Shown here: positions 24,571-38,793 of the stretch, in pieces
Layout of the letters: every line of letters starts with the position of its first letter
Position numbering within the stretch: position 1 is the first letter of the stretch
NCBI GenBank assembly: GCA_017499595.2
Contig: CM039001.1
Coordinates: 1,302,001-1,366,000, forward strand
DNA: 64,000 bases
Reading direction: 5' to 3'
Source: Psilocybe cubensis
Taxonomy: Eukaryota
Position numbers and translations under genes: made by a program
The notes under the pieces: model-generated
Database searches by the model: none
Told to the model about the DNA's origin: nothing
The model's input: only the letters and a program-made list of their open reading frames with translations

Positions 24571-25565
24571 TAATTATTGATGGGGAATGCATTGCCGTGG
24601 CTCATATATGAGGTATGCGCAAGGTCTTCTGGAGGTTGATATATAAGAACGACTGCTACGCCTCGTCTAGCATAGTTGATAGAGCAGTTTACTGGTAGAA
24701 CAAACAGGACAATCGACGATGAATGTACAATAAATAATTTAGACCGAGAAATTCCGATTTTTATTGCTCCCGGAGAATCACACCAGTAAAACACACAGAA
24801 TTTCCGCCTCCAGTCGTGTTATTGGTATATCACGTGTGTTACATTCGTGTAATACCTTGGCGTGGTATACCGGTATGTAACAAACCCTGCACTATTCCAA
24901 GTTGATCCCAAGAGACTTGTTTACATAGAGCTTGTGCGGCATGATTTTGATAACGAGCGAGCGACAGCGTGTTGAGAATGCTGCCATATGAACAGATTAG
25001 CAAGTGACCGCAAGTCGGACGGGGTAAGTGGGAGTTATGAACCCGTTACTACCCCCGGGCACACAACGCGATTTTGAGAACGTGAGAGACCTAATGATGG
25101 GTTCTCAGTATCATTAGACGGCATTCCTTTTATTACCACTGCTAGCTTGTGTTGTCGTTTTTCTTTAAAATATTTCAGTTTCGTTCAAAGTTCATGCGTA
25201 ATCTCCTCCAGGTTCAACAACTGTGAGAAGTACACACCGGTTCTTAGATTGAAATTAATAACATTCCTGCCCTCTGTCAGCAGAGCTCGTAAAGAGCTAT
25301 AGCATAGATACTTACCTCCCAATACATTTTGTTTCGCGTGGATGAATAACTTCTTAGAAAGAGCCGCGTGTCCTGGATGATCTCGTTGCCTTCTCGCCGA
25401 CAATAAAGTATAATGCAAGCACAAGCCCACGTGTTAATTTAAATAACATAAGATTTAAGCTACAAAGGTTAAGTACGTGTTGACTTGGGCATACATCTTG
25501 CGCACAATGTCCCCCGTTGAGATATATGCCTCAGCATGAGGACCTTAAAATTCGGAAGAGTTTTT

Positions 25566-26754
25566 TCAAGCTGAGATGCCACGGTATGTAGCGATTTGTG
25601 ACCTGAGACGCGTAATTTGTCCAGCTGTGAACTCAGTCATGCATGAGTCGTCTGAGTAGTCCATGAAGTTGTCTGCAAGTAAATTAATTGAGCTTCCTGC
25701 TGTACCATGCGTGGATGTGCAACAACGTACGAATGGGGTCAACGCCAGGGGATTTGCAGGTGTCGCGACCGGTTGGGCACCCAAAAGCAGCAGAAGCCTC
25801 GGCCGGTGTGTCCGAAACTTGGTCGCCTAAGCCTGAACAGCCTCCTTGGAAAGTGTGGTACAGACCAACCCAGTGGCCGGCTTCGTGAGTCAAGGTCTAG
25901 AAGATATTGAAATGTGGCTGATGATTAAAACTTCCTAAAATAAAACCTACCTGACCAAGGTTGTACGGAGAAGCGCTACCTCCTGGAAGAGAAGAGTATA
26001 AGATTACAACCCCGTCGTCACTGGGTGCACCAGAATAATCAGATGGAAATGTGGAGTAACCGAGGAGCCCTGCACCGGCACCAGAGTTGAATCTATAGAT
26101 GAAATAAATGAGTAGGTGAAGGAGTCACCCTGGTGAAATGACTAACCCGACTGTGTAGACATTGAGATCTTTAGGGCCGCCAACTCGGAGAGATGATTTC
26201 ATGTCTGTTTGAGACGATGTGTCAGGCCCCACGCCATTGAACCATCCTGAGTTGGTGGTATGGCTAGTACTGGCAAGGACCCAGGTTATACCTGCACTGG
26301 CATAAGCCTTGTTCATGACAGCAATTTGATCTTTGATTTGGGAATCCCTGGTAGTTTGTTTGGTACGCTTCTTTCCCGTAAACATGAAGACGTGGCGTAC
26401 GGAATATTGCCTCCTAACAATGTATTATTTTGTTGAATGACATGAAAATGAACCTGCAGGAGAAATTAGCAAGGGAATTCTATCAACTGCAATGTCCGGA
26501 AGTTACGTTTATAGTGGCAGTAGATGCAGATGCAAAAGAAGGCACAGTGACTTTGTTTGCATTGAAATGGGCTTCAGCCTTTGCGAGTTTTGCATCGCTG
26601 ATGACCGTCCCACACACTCTAACAAAGGAAGAGTCAGAGATATATGATACTCTAGTAGCGATAACATGAACCTTTGTGCAATAGTCGAATTCAAAGGTGT
26701 CGCAAATGCTGAAGTCGCGCTAAGGAGCGCGGTGATCAAGGGGAAGCTGAACAT
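25566..26754 (-). CDS. Secreted M43 zinc metalloprotease, paralog 2
   Basis: Signal peptide [54 protein letters not shown]. Closely similar to paralog 1. Confidence 0.93.
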
Positions 26755-28087
26755 GGCCGTGATGTTTGAGGCAGGGTAGAGGTAGGCGAAAGACCTGGAA
26801 GACAAGTGATTTTCTTGTGCAAAATGAATGAGGTTTTATAGGAAACCCGTTCACGGTGAAATAATATAGCCCCACGTAAGTTACAATGACCCTTCTCGCG
26901 ATAAGAAAGAATAAATATACATGCGGTTTGGAATTGTGGCACCCTACGTTTGAAAGTAGTCACCCATTTCAGAGATGGAAAGCAGGATGTAGAAGTTACA
27001 AACCGCATGCATTGAAAGTAAAAAAAAGGCAGTAACGTTCAACGGCACGGACAAATGATCTATGTTCCATGCGCAGAGTTGACGTTAAGAAGGTAAACTT
27101 CAGATAGTTGCTACATGGCCAGCTGTAAAAGGATGTCTGGGCATTATCCTTGCGGGGTCGTCCTTAAGATTCAAAATCGCTATCTGCAGCTAACGACGAT
27201 ATTCCACGCATCTGAACAGCTATTTTTAGCCAACAAGCTCACCACAGCACCAGATTAGGCGTAGGGTGGATATTCGGGTCAAAAGAAGTATGATAACAAG
27301 GTGTATGGCGTCAATTGAATTGTCATAACGGACAGTCAACGTCCGGCGAATGCAGAAGCAATAGCTCGTTAGGGCGAGAGGCCTGAAGCTGCAGCAGTGA
27401 TTGAGGTGCAGAAGAAGATAAATAAGAGCCACGAGCGTTGGGCTAGGTGATATTAATATGAAACTCGTGAATGAGGTAGACTCAAGGACAGTATACATGA
27501 ATCACCAAGTCCAAAAATAGCTCGAAGATGTACTCCGAGCAGAACTGATATCGCGGTCGGAGAGACTCCATAACCAGATGGTTTTGAACCGTTGCATGTG
27601 GGGTTTCGAACAGTAAATTTCCGTAATGCGATAGTCCTCGATCAACCTCGATCCAGATATATGCACTCCGATTTCGCAGAAGACTGCCAGCGCTATGCCT
27701 GTGTCGAAGTCGTTCGCGTGATATCGTACTGCGACATACCGCCGCATTATCGTGTGTCACACAGTTTCTGCGACTCCGAATTGACAGGCCATACCAGTTC
27801 CTAGCCGGGATGTTGCACTCAAAAATAGGGAGTATGTGCGAGGTATAGATGCCTCGCTTTGAAGATGAATGTAGTGGTAAGAGAAAAGTCAACGCTGCCC
27901 CTGACCCGGTTCCGGTTCCGTAAACGGCACGGGTTTTCACGTGCGTCCAAGTCAAGGTGCAACTCCGCGACAAGCAGCGACGAGCACAATTGACGCAAGT
28001 CACTTTTCATTTCATACATCCTGTTTTCTTGCCCAGTCCTGTCGTCGAAAGGATCTACATACCACTGTCTAATCAACCTTCTAACCC

Positions 28088-29731
28088 ATGGCTTCCCGAG
28101 AACTGATTGACGCTCAGTTCGATCGTGCAGTCGAGATTGTGCAAAGCTTGCCCAAAACAGGGCCTATACAAACTGACTATGAAGAGAAATTGACCATGTA
28201 CAGGTAAGGAGTTTGTCAATATACTAAACATATTTACTCATGGAAAAATCATATAGCCTCTTCAAACAAGGTAGTTTCTATTCATTGGCGTGTACGACCT
28301 CCAATGTCTAACAAATATGCAAACAGCAACTGCGGGCAACGTTAAATCTCCCCGTCCTGGCATTTGGGATATGCTTGGAAGGGCTAAATGGTGGCTTTTC
28401 TATAGCTAATGACTTCGAACATTACTGATGCTATAGTAGGGATGCTTGGGCTAAACACAAAGATTTGGATTCCTATGAAGCAAAGTGGTTATATGTCGAT
28501 GCTTTGCTTAAGGTAGCTATATATATATCAGGTTGGGCGCTCATTAATTATTCGTTATTCTCAGGTCCTGCGCAAGTACTCAGACAAGACTGTTGCAATG
28601 AATCTCGTGGAGGAATTGGAATCTTATGGCGGAGATCCATCACATATTATCATGAGTCGTAAGTTTGGGGAGACATACCTGTAATAATAATAGCTAACTT
28701 CAAGTGTGAACATAGGTACCCTTTCTCAATCTGATCGTTCAGACTCATCTGGTTCAACAGTATCTGATGGAGATGCACCGATACCCAGAGGTGCCCCTAT
28801 CACGGGTGATAGACAGAATATTCCTCGACACGAGGAAGAAACGGATTCAAATTCCGAAGAGGATTCAGAAGATGAAGCGCGCGACCTTCCAACTCTGAAT
28901 ACCGGAAGAATGTCTGTCGAAAACCGCCCACAATCATCTCTCTCTTCTCACCGCTATCGCACCCCGCTCGCAGGATCCCTAGCAATGTCTCCCCCTCCTC
29001 CGGTTCATCAACGAGTCCCTTCCCAGCAACCTCTGCCTGGCTTTGAGACTCCTTCCGCGTTTGCAGACACCACTGTCTCTCCACAATATCCTCCTTCTAA
29101 TCAGTACCCTGGCCACTTTTCAGAGACCTCAAGAATACAAGCCGTCTCACCCCCCAATCAATACCCTGCTCAGCCAAGCTATAACTTCCAGTCCCAATCT
29201 CACCCATCACAATACGTACCTTTACGTCCACCGTCAGGCATGGCGTTAGAGCGGGCGGTGGAAAATGTTCAAGTACAACTAGCTGCCCTTTCCGAGAGGC
29301 TGGAGACGTTGGAATCTCGCTCTCTGCTATTATCCCGATCGAATGTATCCATAAGTTCTCGTGGAAATGGAGGTGGATCTCCCTCGTGGGGAGGTGAGAG
29401 AAGGACGTCCAACGACCGCAACGTGCCTATATGGGACATCGATGATCTTGGGATGTGGTCCATGGTCCTAAATCCCTTATCCCGCGGACTGGATCGCTTG
29501 CGAGAACTGTCTGTCTTCTTTGCAAGCAATCAAAACCGGACACCTTCTATGATAATTATTCGCCGGCTATGCCTCGACGTTTCTTTCTTGCTATGTGTTG
29601 TTAGTATTATTGGCGCCCTGTGGAGAAAGAGCGGTGTGAGGAGGAGAGAGGTCAGAGCCGCACTTATTGTTCTTTGGAGGGCAATTGTTGGTTCAAAGCA
29701 GCAGCGATTGCTTGTGGATCAAGGTGTTTAG
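28088..29731 (+). CDS. Acyl-CoA-binding (ACBP) domain protein with coiled coil and C-terminal membrane anchor (ACBD5/Atg37-like architecture)
   Basis: Spliced N-terminus MASRELIDAQFDRAVEIVQSLPKTGPIQTDYEEKLTMYSLFKQAT.GN...RPGIWDMLGRAKWDAW...YVDALLKVL, then a disordered linker, LERAVENVQVQLAALSERLETLE and a hydrophobic C-terminus. Confidence 0.85.
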
Positions 29732-29937
29732 TGTGATATACCCTTTCGCTTGTATTCTAATCCAGATATCCTTAATATTCAACGTACCCGCCAAACCAGC
29801 GAATGACCTTTGATTCAGTGAATCGTTTTTATGTAGGTAGACACAGTTTTATTCTCTGTTCAATGCGCCATTTCCATTGGCTTCGACATTTAATTGATTT
29901 ACACTTGGTAGGGCATACACACAAGGTGCCCAGTCCA

Positions 29938-31739
<1,802 letters not shown>

Positions 31740-32184
31740 TTGAGATGATGGTGGTAACAAAGAAAGATGAGGTATGGAGCTATGTAGTTGAGAAATATAT
31801 GTTTGTAATACACACGCGAGCACGTAAAATGTTTATATTTGCAATTCCTGTGGGATCAAAGAGGACTGGAGAAGAGAAGAAGACCGTAGGATGCTCGTCA
31901 TATGCCCATGCGTGTGTTGACTTCTTTCGTCTCATTCATCTACCATTTTCCCATTGGTGGGTGAGCTGCTAAACAATTCGCCACTTTTCTCGCACACATA
32001 CTCGCGGAGCTGACTGATGCTAATACCCTTCGCAATGAATGCGATTTGATAAAGAAAGAGGCGGGGTTCTATGGTTAGAACCCTACCGATAAGATAAGCC
32101 GTAAAACAGCCGTGATCAATGACAGTGTCGTTGTCACTGACGGAACCAGCATCGCCGCTGCTGTAGTCTTGAAGGGGATCCAAC

Positions 32185-32819
32185 ATGTCTTTCACTAATT
32201 GTTACTACAAACGTGTAAGTGACCCCAGATTGCAGTTCTGTATGCAAGAACTCAAAACCAGTAAAGACGGCAGGGACACCCAAAGCCTGCTATGCCTGTT
32301 ATAAGCCAACAACCACTGTGCTGGCCACGATAAACACCGTGGATTTTCTGTACACATGTCCGATCCACTTAACTGACTCTGGATTCGCGACGTTAATATC
32401 CGATGGAGAGGAAAAACATACTATATCTGCAGATGAAATTGCAAAGGTAAAGGCCGAGTGGGAGGAGAAGCAGAAGAAGAAACTTGAAAAGGAGAAAGAG
32501 AAGGAAAAAGAAAAGGACAATAAAGATAAATCGGAGGCAGACAAGAAAGACAAGGAGACAAAGAAAGAGCCATCCAAGTCCCCACCGATGCCTGGATCTC
32601 TGAGCGCGACACCGTCCCCATCTACACCGAAAGGTACACACGAGCGATATGCACTTCACCGCGATTTCTTTGCCAGTGAGTATCTGCATTGGCGGGCGAT
32701 GGCATTCCCAGCTGACAAGATGTACAGTGCGTCAAGCTGAACACCGAAAGCGACGACAAGCGACGCAGGCGAAAGAGTTGGCGCCACGGCTTCCTGGGGC
32801 ACCCAAGGGAGATATTTGA
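32185..32819 (+). CDS. Vps4-associated protein 1 (Vfa1/DUF1742)-like
   Basis: MSFTNCYYKR|TAGTPKACYACYKPTTTVL...DFLYTCPIHLTDSGFA, Lys/Glu-rich coil, YALHRDFFA. Confidence 0.8.
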
Positions 32820-33102
32820 GGGAGAGGTGACGCGCTGGCGGAGTTCCAACTTTGGGTTGAAGTAAGCAAATTTTGGTCAAGGCATGCTCGAGTTGCACCG
32901 TCACTCGTTCGTTCTGCTTCAATTCTTTTCTCTTTTCTTTCTTTATCACCACCACCACCGCTGTCTGTATTCTCTGCCTGCCAAATATCCCCAGCTTTCT
33001 AAGCCAGTCTTGTACGAACCGTATTTCTGTTCCAATTCACTTTGACGCCTGACAATCGCGCAAGGACTGCTCTTTTGAATTGTTTCGAGCTTCTCTTTTG
33101 CT

Positions 33103-36100
33103 ATGAATAAGAATCCGTTTCTTCCGGCGCCCTCTTTTACCCCTCAGCAGCCTCCGTTGCCTCCTGGTCCTCCCCCACCTCAGCCGACTCAAGCAGATTA
33201 TTCCGCCTGGTGGGGAGGCGGCGCTGCACACCAACCGCACATACAACAGCCTCCAACTGTGGGTCCATATAATCCTAACCCACAATGGGCCCCGCCGCAG
33301 GCTCCCAGACCTCCTGCCGAACAGAGTGCATTGTATGCTAACTATGGATATGGACCTCAAAACAACCAATGGCAAAGGCAACAGCAGCAGCAACAACAAC
33401 AACAACAACAGCAACAGCAATATCATCAACCGCCACCAGTAATGCACCAGCCTCCACCTCCGCCAGCTCAGCCAGGCTACAATCCTTATCAGCCTACCGC
33501 AGGATATCCTCAACCATATGTCCCACAGCCAGGCCCACCTCCACAGCCCATGGTGCAAACTGCATATCCTCATCCTCCGTCACAACCCCAGCAGATGTAT
33601 GCTCCTCCTATGGCTGCTCCCCAGCCGCCTCAGCATCAACAGCATCAGCAACCAACTCAGCCGCGCAATCATCATGCTTCGCCGCAACATCTGCCTCCCG
33701 CAAAACGTCAAAGGTTTGACGGTCCAAATCCTAATAACAGACAACATCAAGGCCAACAGCACCATCAACAACCTCCACAACCCCAATTTCAGCCTCCTCC
33801 CGCTCCCCCTCAGCATCCAAGTGGTTTTGCAGGACCCAACCGTGGTTCTATTCCATCTGGACCTGGAGGGAGGAATGGCGGTCCACCAAATGGCCCTGGA
33901 GGTAGAGGAGGAAGTAACGCGGGAGGGCGAGGAGGTCGCAGCAACCAGCCATCAGGGAACAGAGGCGGTGGGATGGCTGGTGGTAGAGGACGCGGAGGAA
34001 GCTTCGTTGGTGGTCCTTCTGGGCGTGGTGGAGCAGGAGGTGGTCAACCTAATGGGCCGCTGAGAGGCCATGGTTCTCGAGGCAATTTTGGAGGAGGCAA
34101 CAAAGACTTTCATAATCGACGTGGCGGTGGAGCGGGTGGTTCTTTCAACAATGGGCCCGGGGGTGGTGGAAATTACTCTCATCAAGGCTCTTTCCGAGGT
34201 CGCAACCAAGGTCCTACGGGTCCTAGTAGAGGAAACAGGAATGACGCAGGTTCTAGTAACGCGTTTGCTTCAAGGGAAGCTACTGCGACATCCAGTTTTG
34301 GCGGTAAGAAAGATGAAAATAGACGAACACTCACAGACTTTAAGATTGTTGGTCTGGCTATTTCTGATTTGGGTTGGACTTGGGGTTCAGTTCCGTCTGC
34401 TGCTGCAAAGGTCGAGGAGGTTGACCATCCTACGGATGTTGCTGGAGCGTCTGATATAGGGGTCAAGAGTGAAGTCGTGGAGTCTGATATTGCATTGGCT
34501 ACTGTTAAAGATGAAAGTCAGCCAGAGAGCAAAACGGGGATTGTTCAGGCTTCTCGGAATGATGATATGGTGGACAGCAAACCGTTACAAGAGTCTTCTC
34601 GGATGCGTGTCTCGTCAGACACAAATGCAGGCGGCAGTCAACCCCCTCCATCTCGGATTCGCATCTATTTTCATACTCCTGTGACTGCTGATGACTCTCG
34701 CCCTATACCACACAACTCTTCCTATGGGGATGCTCCTTCTGATTCAAGGAAAGGAAAACGCAAAAAGTTGGAAGATGACGATGGAGATTTGGAAGAGCGT
34801 CGTGCCCCTCCGCCGCCGCCGCAGATGGCAAGTTCGGTCAATGATGATCGTGCTAGTGCTGCTCCGAGCGTGGCTGAGACAGCCAGTGAAGCTGATTGGC
34901 TGATGGCAGCAATTGTTGAAGGAGAGGAAGAGGACGCCGATGCAGCTGGCAACCATGATCATGTGGAGGGCGATGAGGATGACGTTCAGCTGCATGTCAA
35001 CCAAATTGCTAAAGATGATGACCATGGCGAACATGCGCATCATGCTGAAGCAGGTGATGCTCAGGATGAGGATGAAGCATTCCTTGGTGGTAAGCAAACA
35101 TTCACTGTTCGTGATGCTGCTTTGGGTGTGGAAGTTCCTCCTCTCTCTGATATGACAAGAGGAGGCATATCGCCTCGCGCGCACACTGCTGACTTGTTTG
35201 CTTTCATTCAAGGAGCTTCGCATGATGGTGGTGATGATGTCAATATGACAAGGCCCGCTGAAGGCGATGCTATGGTATCCTCCATGGCAGCTGGGGAGGC
35301 GGGCGGCGAGGTCGCTACCGAACCCGCAGGAGTTGCAATGGACACTTCCTCATTGGTTGGAAATGAACCTTCTGCTGGTGAAACCACCCTCCTACCCGCT
35401 GTTGCAGGGGAGCAACCGAGTTATTCCGAGGGTGTCCTTTCTGTGGATGAGCATTCTGCATCCCAATCTGCTGCTTTTGATTCTTCCTCTCATAATGATG
35501 CTCATGCCTCAGATTCTGTGTCCGTATTTTATCGTGTTCTTTATCTTCCTTGTCTTCCTCACAATCTTTGTCTTTCACAGTGCTGACCCTACTGCTGACC
35601 ATGATGAATATTCCGAAATGCAGGTTTACCCAGGATCATCTCAACCTTACCCCCCAAAGCCAAAATCATTGCAGGCGGCTTCAGCCGAACAGACTCTACT
35701 TGATGTGGAATCGCATGAGGCTACTCAAATCGACGACAGCCAGATGACGCAAATCATCGGTACGCCACCTCCTCAGTCAGAGCATCTTCCTGAACCTCCT
35801 GCTTCGCCATACGAAGAAACCCCTGCCACTGTTACCAAAACTGACGCCAAGATCGGCAAGACACCATCTGCCAACAGACTGTCTATATCATACGCCCGCG
35901 GTATTCGGCGCCTTGTGGTGGATGCTGAAGTTGTGGAAAGTTTGAAGCTCTTCCGGCAAGAGGGCCGTATCGAGGTGTCATTAAAACTTAGTAAGGAGAA
36001 AGACGATACTCTCAAGGGTGTTTTGGTATGGCTAAAATATATACTTGCTTTTTGAAATGCCATACTGATATTTTTGTAGGTTGAAGGTCTTTCTGATGTC

Positions 36101-36863
36101 ACTAAATCCTACCTTGTGCTCCCAGCACCCTCTGATCCCTCCGTTGAGCCTGACCCCACCGTTCCTCCCTTTGGAAATGTTGAAACACCAGCCACGCTAC
36201 AGCTAGTTGTATACCTTGATACTGCTCGGCCTTTGTCTGAGCCAAAATGGGCCAAATCTGGTGATATTCAAGATTGGTTGAAGAGCATGTTTGGTCGCAT
36301 GTTCTGGGTCGCTGGAGAGGCTGCCGAAGGATGGGAAAAGAAGATCCATGTCGTTGATCCCGACCCGGTATGCTGTTTTATTTTGTTCCGCTGTTCCCTT
36401 TTATTGACATTTGCTGAAGCCTCCGACCATCTGGACTGTTCTCGATGGCTGGGCTACCAACTCTCCTGTTGGTGCTCTGAATGAGCGACAGCGCTTCTTG
36501 AAGACGCATATGACAGAGTCTGATAATATTTTGGAAATTCTGTTGCGTCTTGTTCGTGGAGAAAGAGCCACAGCATTCTCTCAGTCCACTCCGACTATAT
36601 CTGCTCCAAGTGTTTCTGGTCCATTGTTATCTGCGTTGACTCATGGATCTGCTCATGGTGCTCAGCAAACCCATGTGTCACTGGCTGTCCTGGCGATGTT
36701 CCGACTATGCGTGGATTATGCGCAAAAGGCGTTGGGAGACAAAGGCAAAACGGACGTTGAAGAGCATATGGGAGAAATCATTAGATGTCTTCCTTCGCAC
36801 CTCGTCTATAAAAGTCTGGACGGCATTTTCAAGGAATGGAGGGTCGAAAAGAAGGGCCGCTGA
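33103..36863 (+). CDS. Large hypothetical protein with P/Q/Y-rich prion-like N-terminus, RGG region, acidic middle and folded C-terminal domain
   Basis: 827-aa first ORF (poly-Q, many RGG/RG repeats, RRTLTDFKIVGL, SRIRIYF), followed by spliceable exons ending DGIFKEWRVEKKGR. Confidence 0.8.
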
Positions 36864-37545
36864 ATGGCTTAGACAGTTTTCGAAGAAAAGGTCCTTTTTG
36901 TTTGTGTTATTCTACAAGCATGTACTAGTTTACAAGTTGAATATTTTCTTGTACATTTGCGTCATTCTTTCTAAGGTTTCTTCTTTGAGGACTATGATCT
37001 GCAACGAATCTTGTAGTATTGAAATACTATCGGAATTTCTTTACTTTCTCGCTAATAACTATTAACATGTTGGTTTCATTGCACAAGCTGTAGCAATATT
37101 AAGAATTCATAGGAGGAAGAATAAAATAAAAAAGATACACATTATGTAGGAGAAACTGTATAATAGTATATTTCCAAATGCTGAGCAAGAGTCGAAAAGG
37201 GATTAAATAACTAATTAACAATATGTGTAGCTCCCGGTAGAGGAATAAAAGAAGTCAATTAACAGTTGTGCAGCTTTAGATGTTTAACAACTATAGACAA
37301 TGTAAAAGAAAACAGAATGCAATCATAGCGCAGATCTGTGTTCATGTTAACAATAGGGAGGAAGCGAGGGAGAGCAGCAAGAAGGGGATTCCATCCTCTA
37401 ATCACATCTCACTGAGATTGTCAATCCGACCAGATCAAACACCCTTCTCCAAACCTTTACACTGGCAATATTAATAGTATAGCTTACTGAAATTTTAAAG
37501 CGGTTGCGATCTCAGAGCTAGTTCCAAGGAAGATCTGCATAATTG

Positions 37546-38793
37546 CTAGGGCTTAAGAAAAGGAGAGTTAAAAGGAAAGGAAGACGAACCAAAAGTGGCA
37601 GGTGGGGAAGTGGTGCGTCCACCGCGAAAATAGTTGTATTTGTCTGGCTTTTGGCAGGGCAAAGGCAAAGGCTTTTGCCAGACTTTGCCGGAACGCAGTC
37701 GCGATCGGGTACGTGTAGGAGGGTGGTAAACCTCGGCGCCTGAGTAAAAGGCTACAAGAAGCGGGATACGATTCCACTGATTGGTCACAAGTTCCTCATC
37801 ATCGTGCAGTTGGAATAATCCGGACCTATTTAGAAAGCTTTTCTTCTCATAGATCGACGCTTCAGAGACACTAGTGGCCTTGTTGTGTACGATTCTGTTG
37901 ACATGGACAAAACGTCCTCCAACCCGGTTTTTGTCGATAGAATCCTTCGCCATTACTTCGCTTAAACCGCACTCAAAATTAACCTCAAGTTCCGAGGCCT
38001 CAACCTCAACCTCAACCTCATCACGAATAATAGCCTTGGTTGCGACCCCGACTGAACCGTCCAAGGTAGAACCACAATCCGAAGCATCCTCAACGTCATG
38101 CAGGTGGTTTGATGAATCAAATACAGAATGGGTACTGATGGTGAAGGAGGATTGCTCTGAGTCCGACTCGGGTGCAACGACGACAGATTTAGAGGTTGAA
38201 TATGGAATAGGATATGTTTCATGACAACTTGAGAAACGAGTGTTCTCCGTGTTGTCTGCACTTTGGTTTTCATCCATAATATCCTCTATTTCTTCTATTT
38301 CAGACTCAGTTCCGGTGAAGAAAATTTTCTCCGTGCTTGATTCGCCTGCACAAAAAGCAGAGCTGGAGTATGCACTACAGGGAACAAGAAGAGAAGGATT
38401 AGCACAAGGGCAAGCATTCGTATCTCGAATATCCAATGCCTGAATCCCAACCTCTTCTTCATCACCAACGGAATTGAGTACCTCCGAGCTATCTAAAGTA
38501 TAGCCAGCATCCACAATACTCTCGAGATCCTGCTCGCAGGTAGACTCATCTGCGGGAGTAAGGTATGTTTCCTCCGAGTATGGCCGTGATTGGCGTGCAA
38601 TGACAACAGGGCTGGAGGACGAACAAGATGGAATAGAAGGAACGGTGCAAGGCCAACAGGGAAGGGTCTTCTCGGTCTCGTCTATATTACGGGTATCATC
38701 AAGGCGTTCGACAAGTAAGGCAGAGGCAGGCTCTCCAGAGGATACACGGCCCGTGAAGTATCTTTTGATATAATCCAAGGAAAAGGTAGACAT
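37546..38793 (-). CDS. Intronless acidic Ser-rich hypothetical protein (415 aa)
   Basis: Long uninterrupted ORF with biased composition and a short basic/aromatic C-terminus. No family recognised. Confidence 0.6.
   Translation of the reverse strand: MSTFSLDYIKRYFTGRVSSGEPASALLVERLDDTRNIDETEKTLPCWPCTVPSIPSCSSSSPVVIARQSRPYSEETYLTPADESTCEQDLESIVDAGYTLDSSEVLNSVGDEEEVGIQALDIRDTNACPCANPSLLVPCSAYSSSAFCAGESSTEKIFFTGTESEIEEIEDIMDENQSADNTENTRFSSCHETYPIPYSTSKSVVVAPESDSEQSSFTISTHSVFDSSNHLHDVEDASDCGSTLDGSVGVATKAIIRDEVEVEVEASELEVNFECGLSEVMAKDSIDKNRVGGRFVHVNRIVHNKATSVSEASIYEKKSFLNRSGLFQLHDDEELVTNQWNRIPLLVAFYSGAEVYHPPTRTRSRLRSGKVWQKPLPLPCQKPDKYNYFRGGRTTSPPATFGSSSFPFNSPFLKP

Larger units (their letters stand above)
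12383..24664 (-). mobile_element. Kyakuja-Dileera-Zisupton (KDZ, CxC2-type) DNA transposon, 12,282 bp, nested in the hAT element
   Basis: 7-bp direct repeat GTCTAGC at 12376-12382 and 24665-24671. Termini CACCTGTAATTACCCTGCTTATATATAAAAC and (reverse complement) GAGGCGTAGCAGTCGTTCTTATATATCAACC share GTA at positions 6-8 and CTTATATAT at 18-26. Excision restores the hAT ORF start. Encodes a KDZ transposase. Confidence 0.92.
8695..24894 (-). mobile_element. hAT DNA transposon (16,200 bp including the nested KDZ element; about 3.9 kb without it)
   Basis: Left TIR TAGGGCAGGGTTTGATACCTCCCGG (8695-8719) and right TIR reverse complement TAGTGCAGGGTTTGTTACATACCGG (24870-24894) match at 21/25. Perfect 8-bp TSD TTCCAAGT at 8687-8694 and 24895-24902. 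A hAT transposase lies inside. Confidence 0.95.

Noticed and set aside
12400-24647. CTTATATAT inverted pair taken as the actual KDZ termini
   Set aside because: No TSD at those positions. The TSD and the restored hAT ORF place the ends 17 bp further out on each side.
8695-24894. Single giant element whose TIRs and 8-bp TSD were made by the KDZ transposase
   Set aside because: The inner 7-bp TSD interrupting the hAT start codons shows two successive insertions. TAG-starting TIRs with an 8-bp TSD fit hAT.
25091-25117. CTAATGAT...ATCATTAG inverted repeat near the hAT right flank
   Set aside because: Only 8 bp with no TSD or second copy, which is expected by chance.
27226-28076. Several overlapping ORFs between M43 paralog 2 and the ACBP gene
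   Set aside because: No recognisable motif or consistent splice pattern. A small gene cannot be excluded.
33037-33816. Antisense and alternate-frame ORFs with poly-Leu or poly-Thr
   Set aside because: These are shadows of the CAA/CAG-rich poly-Q coding strand.
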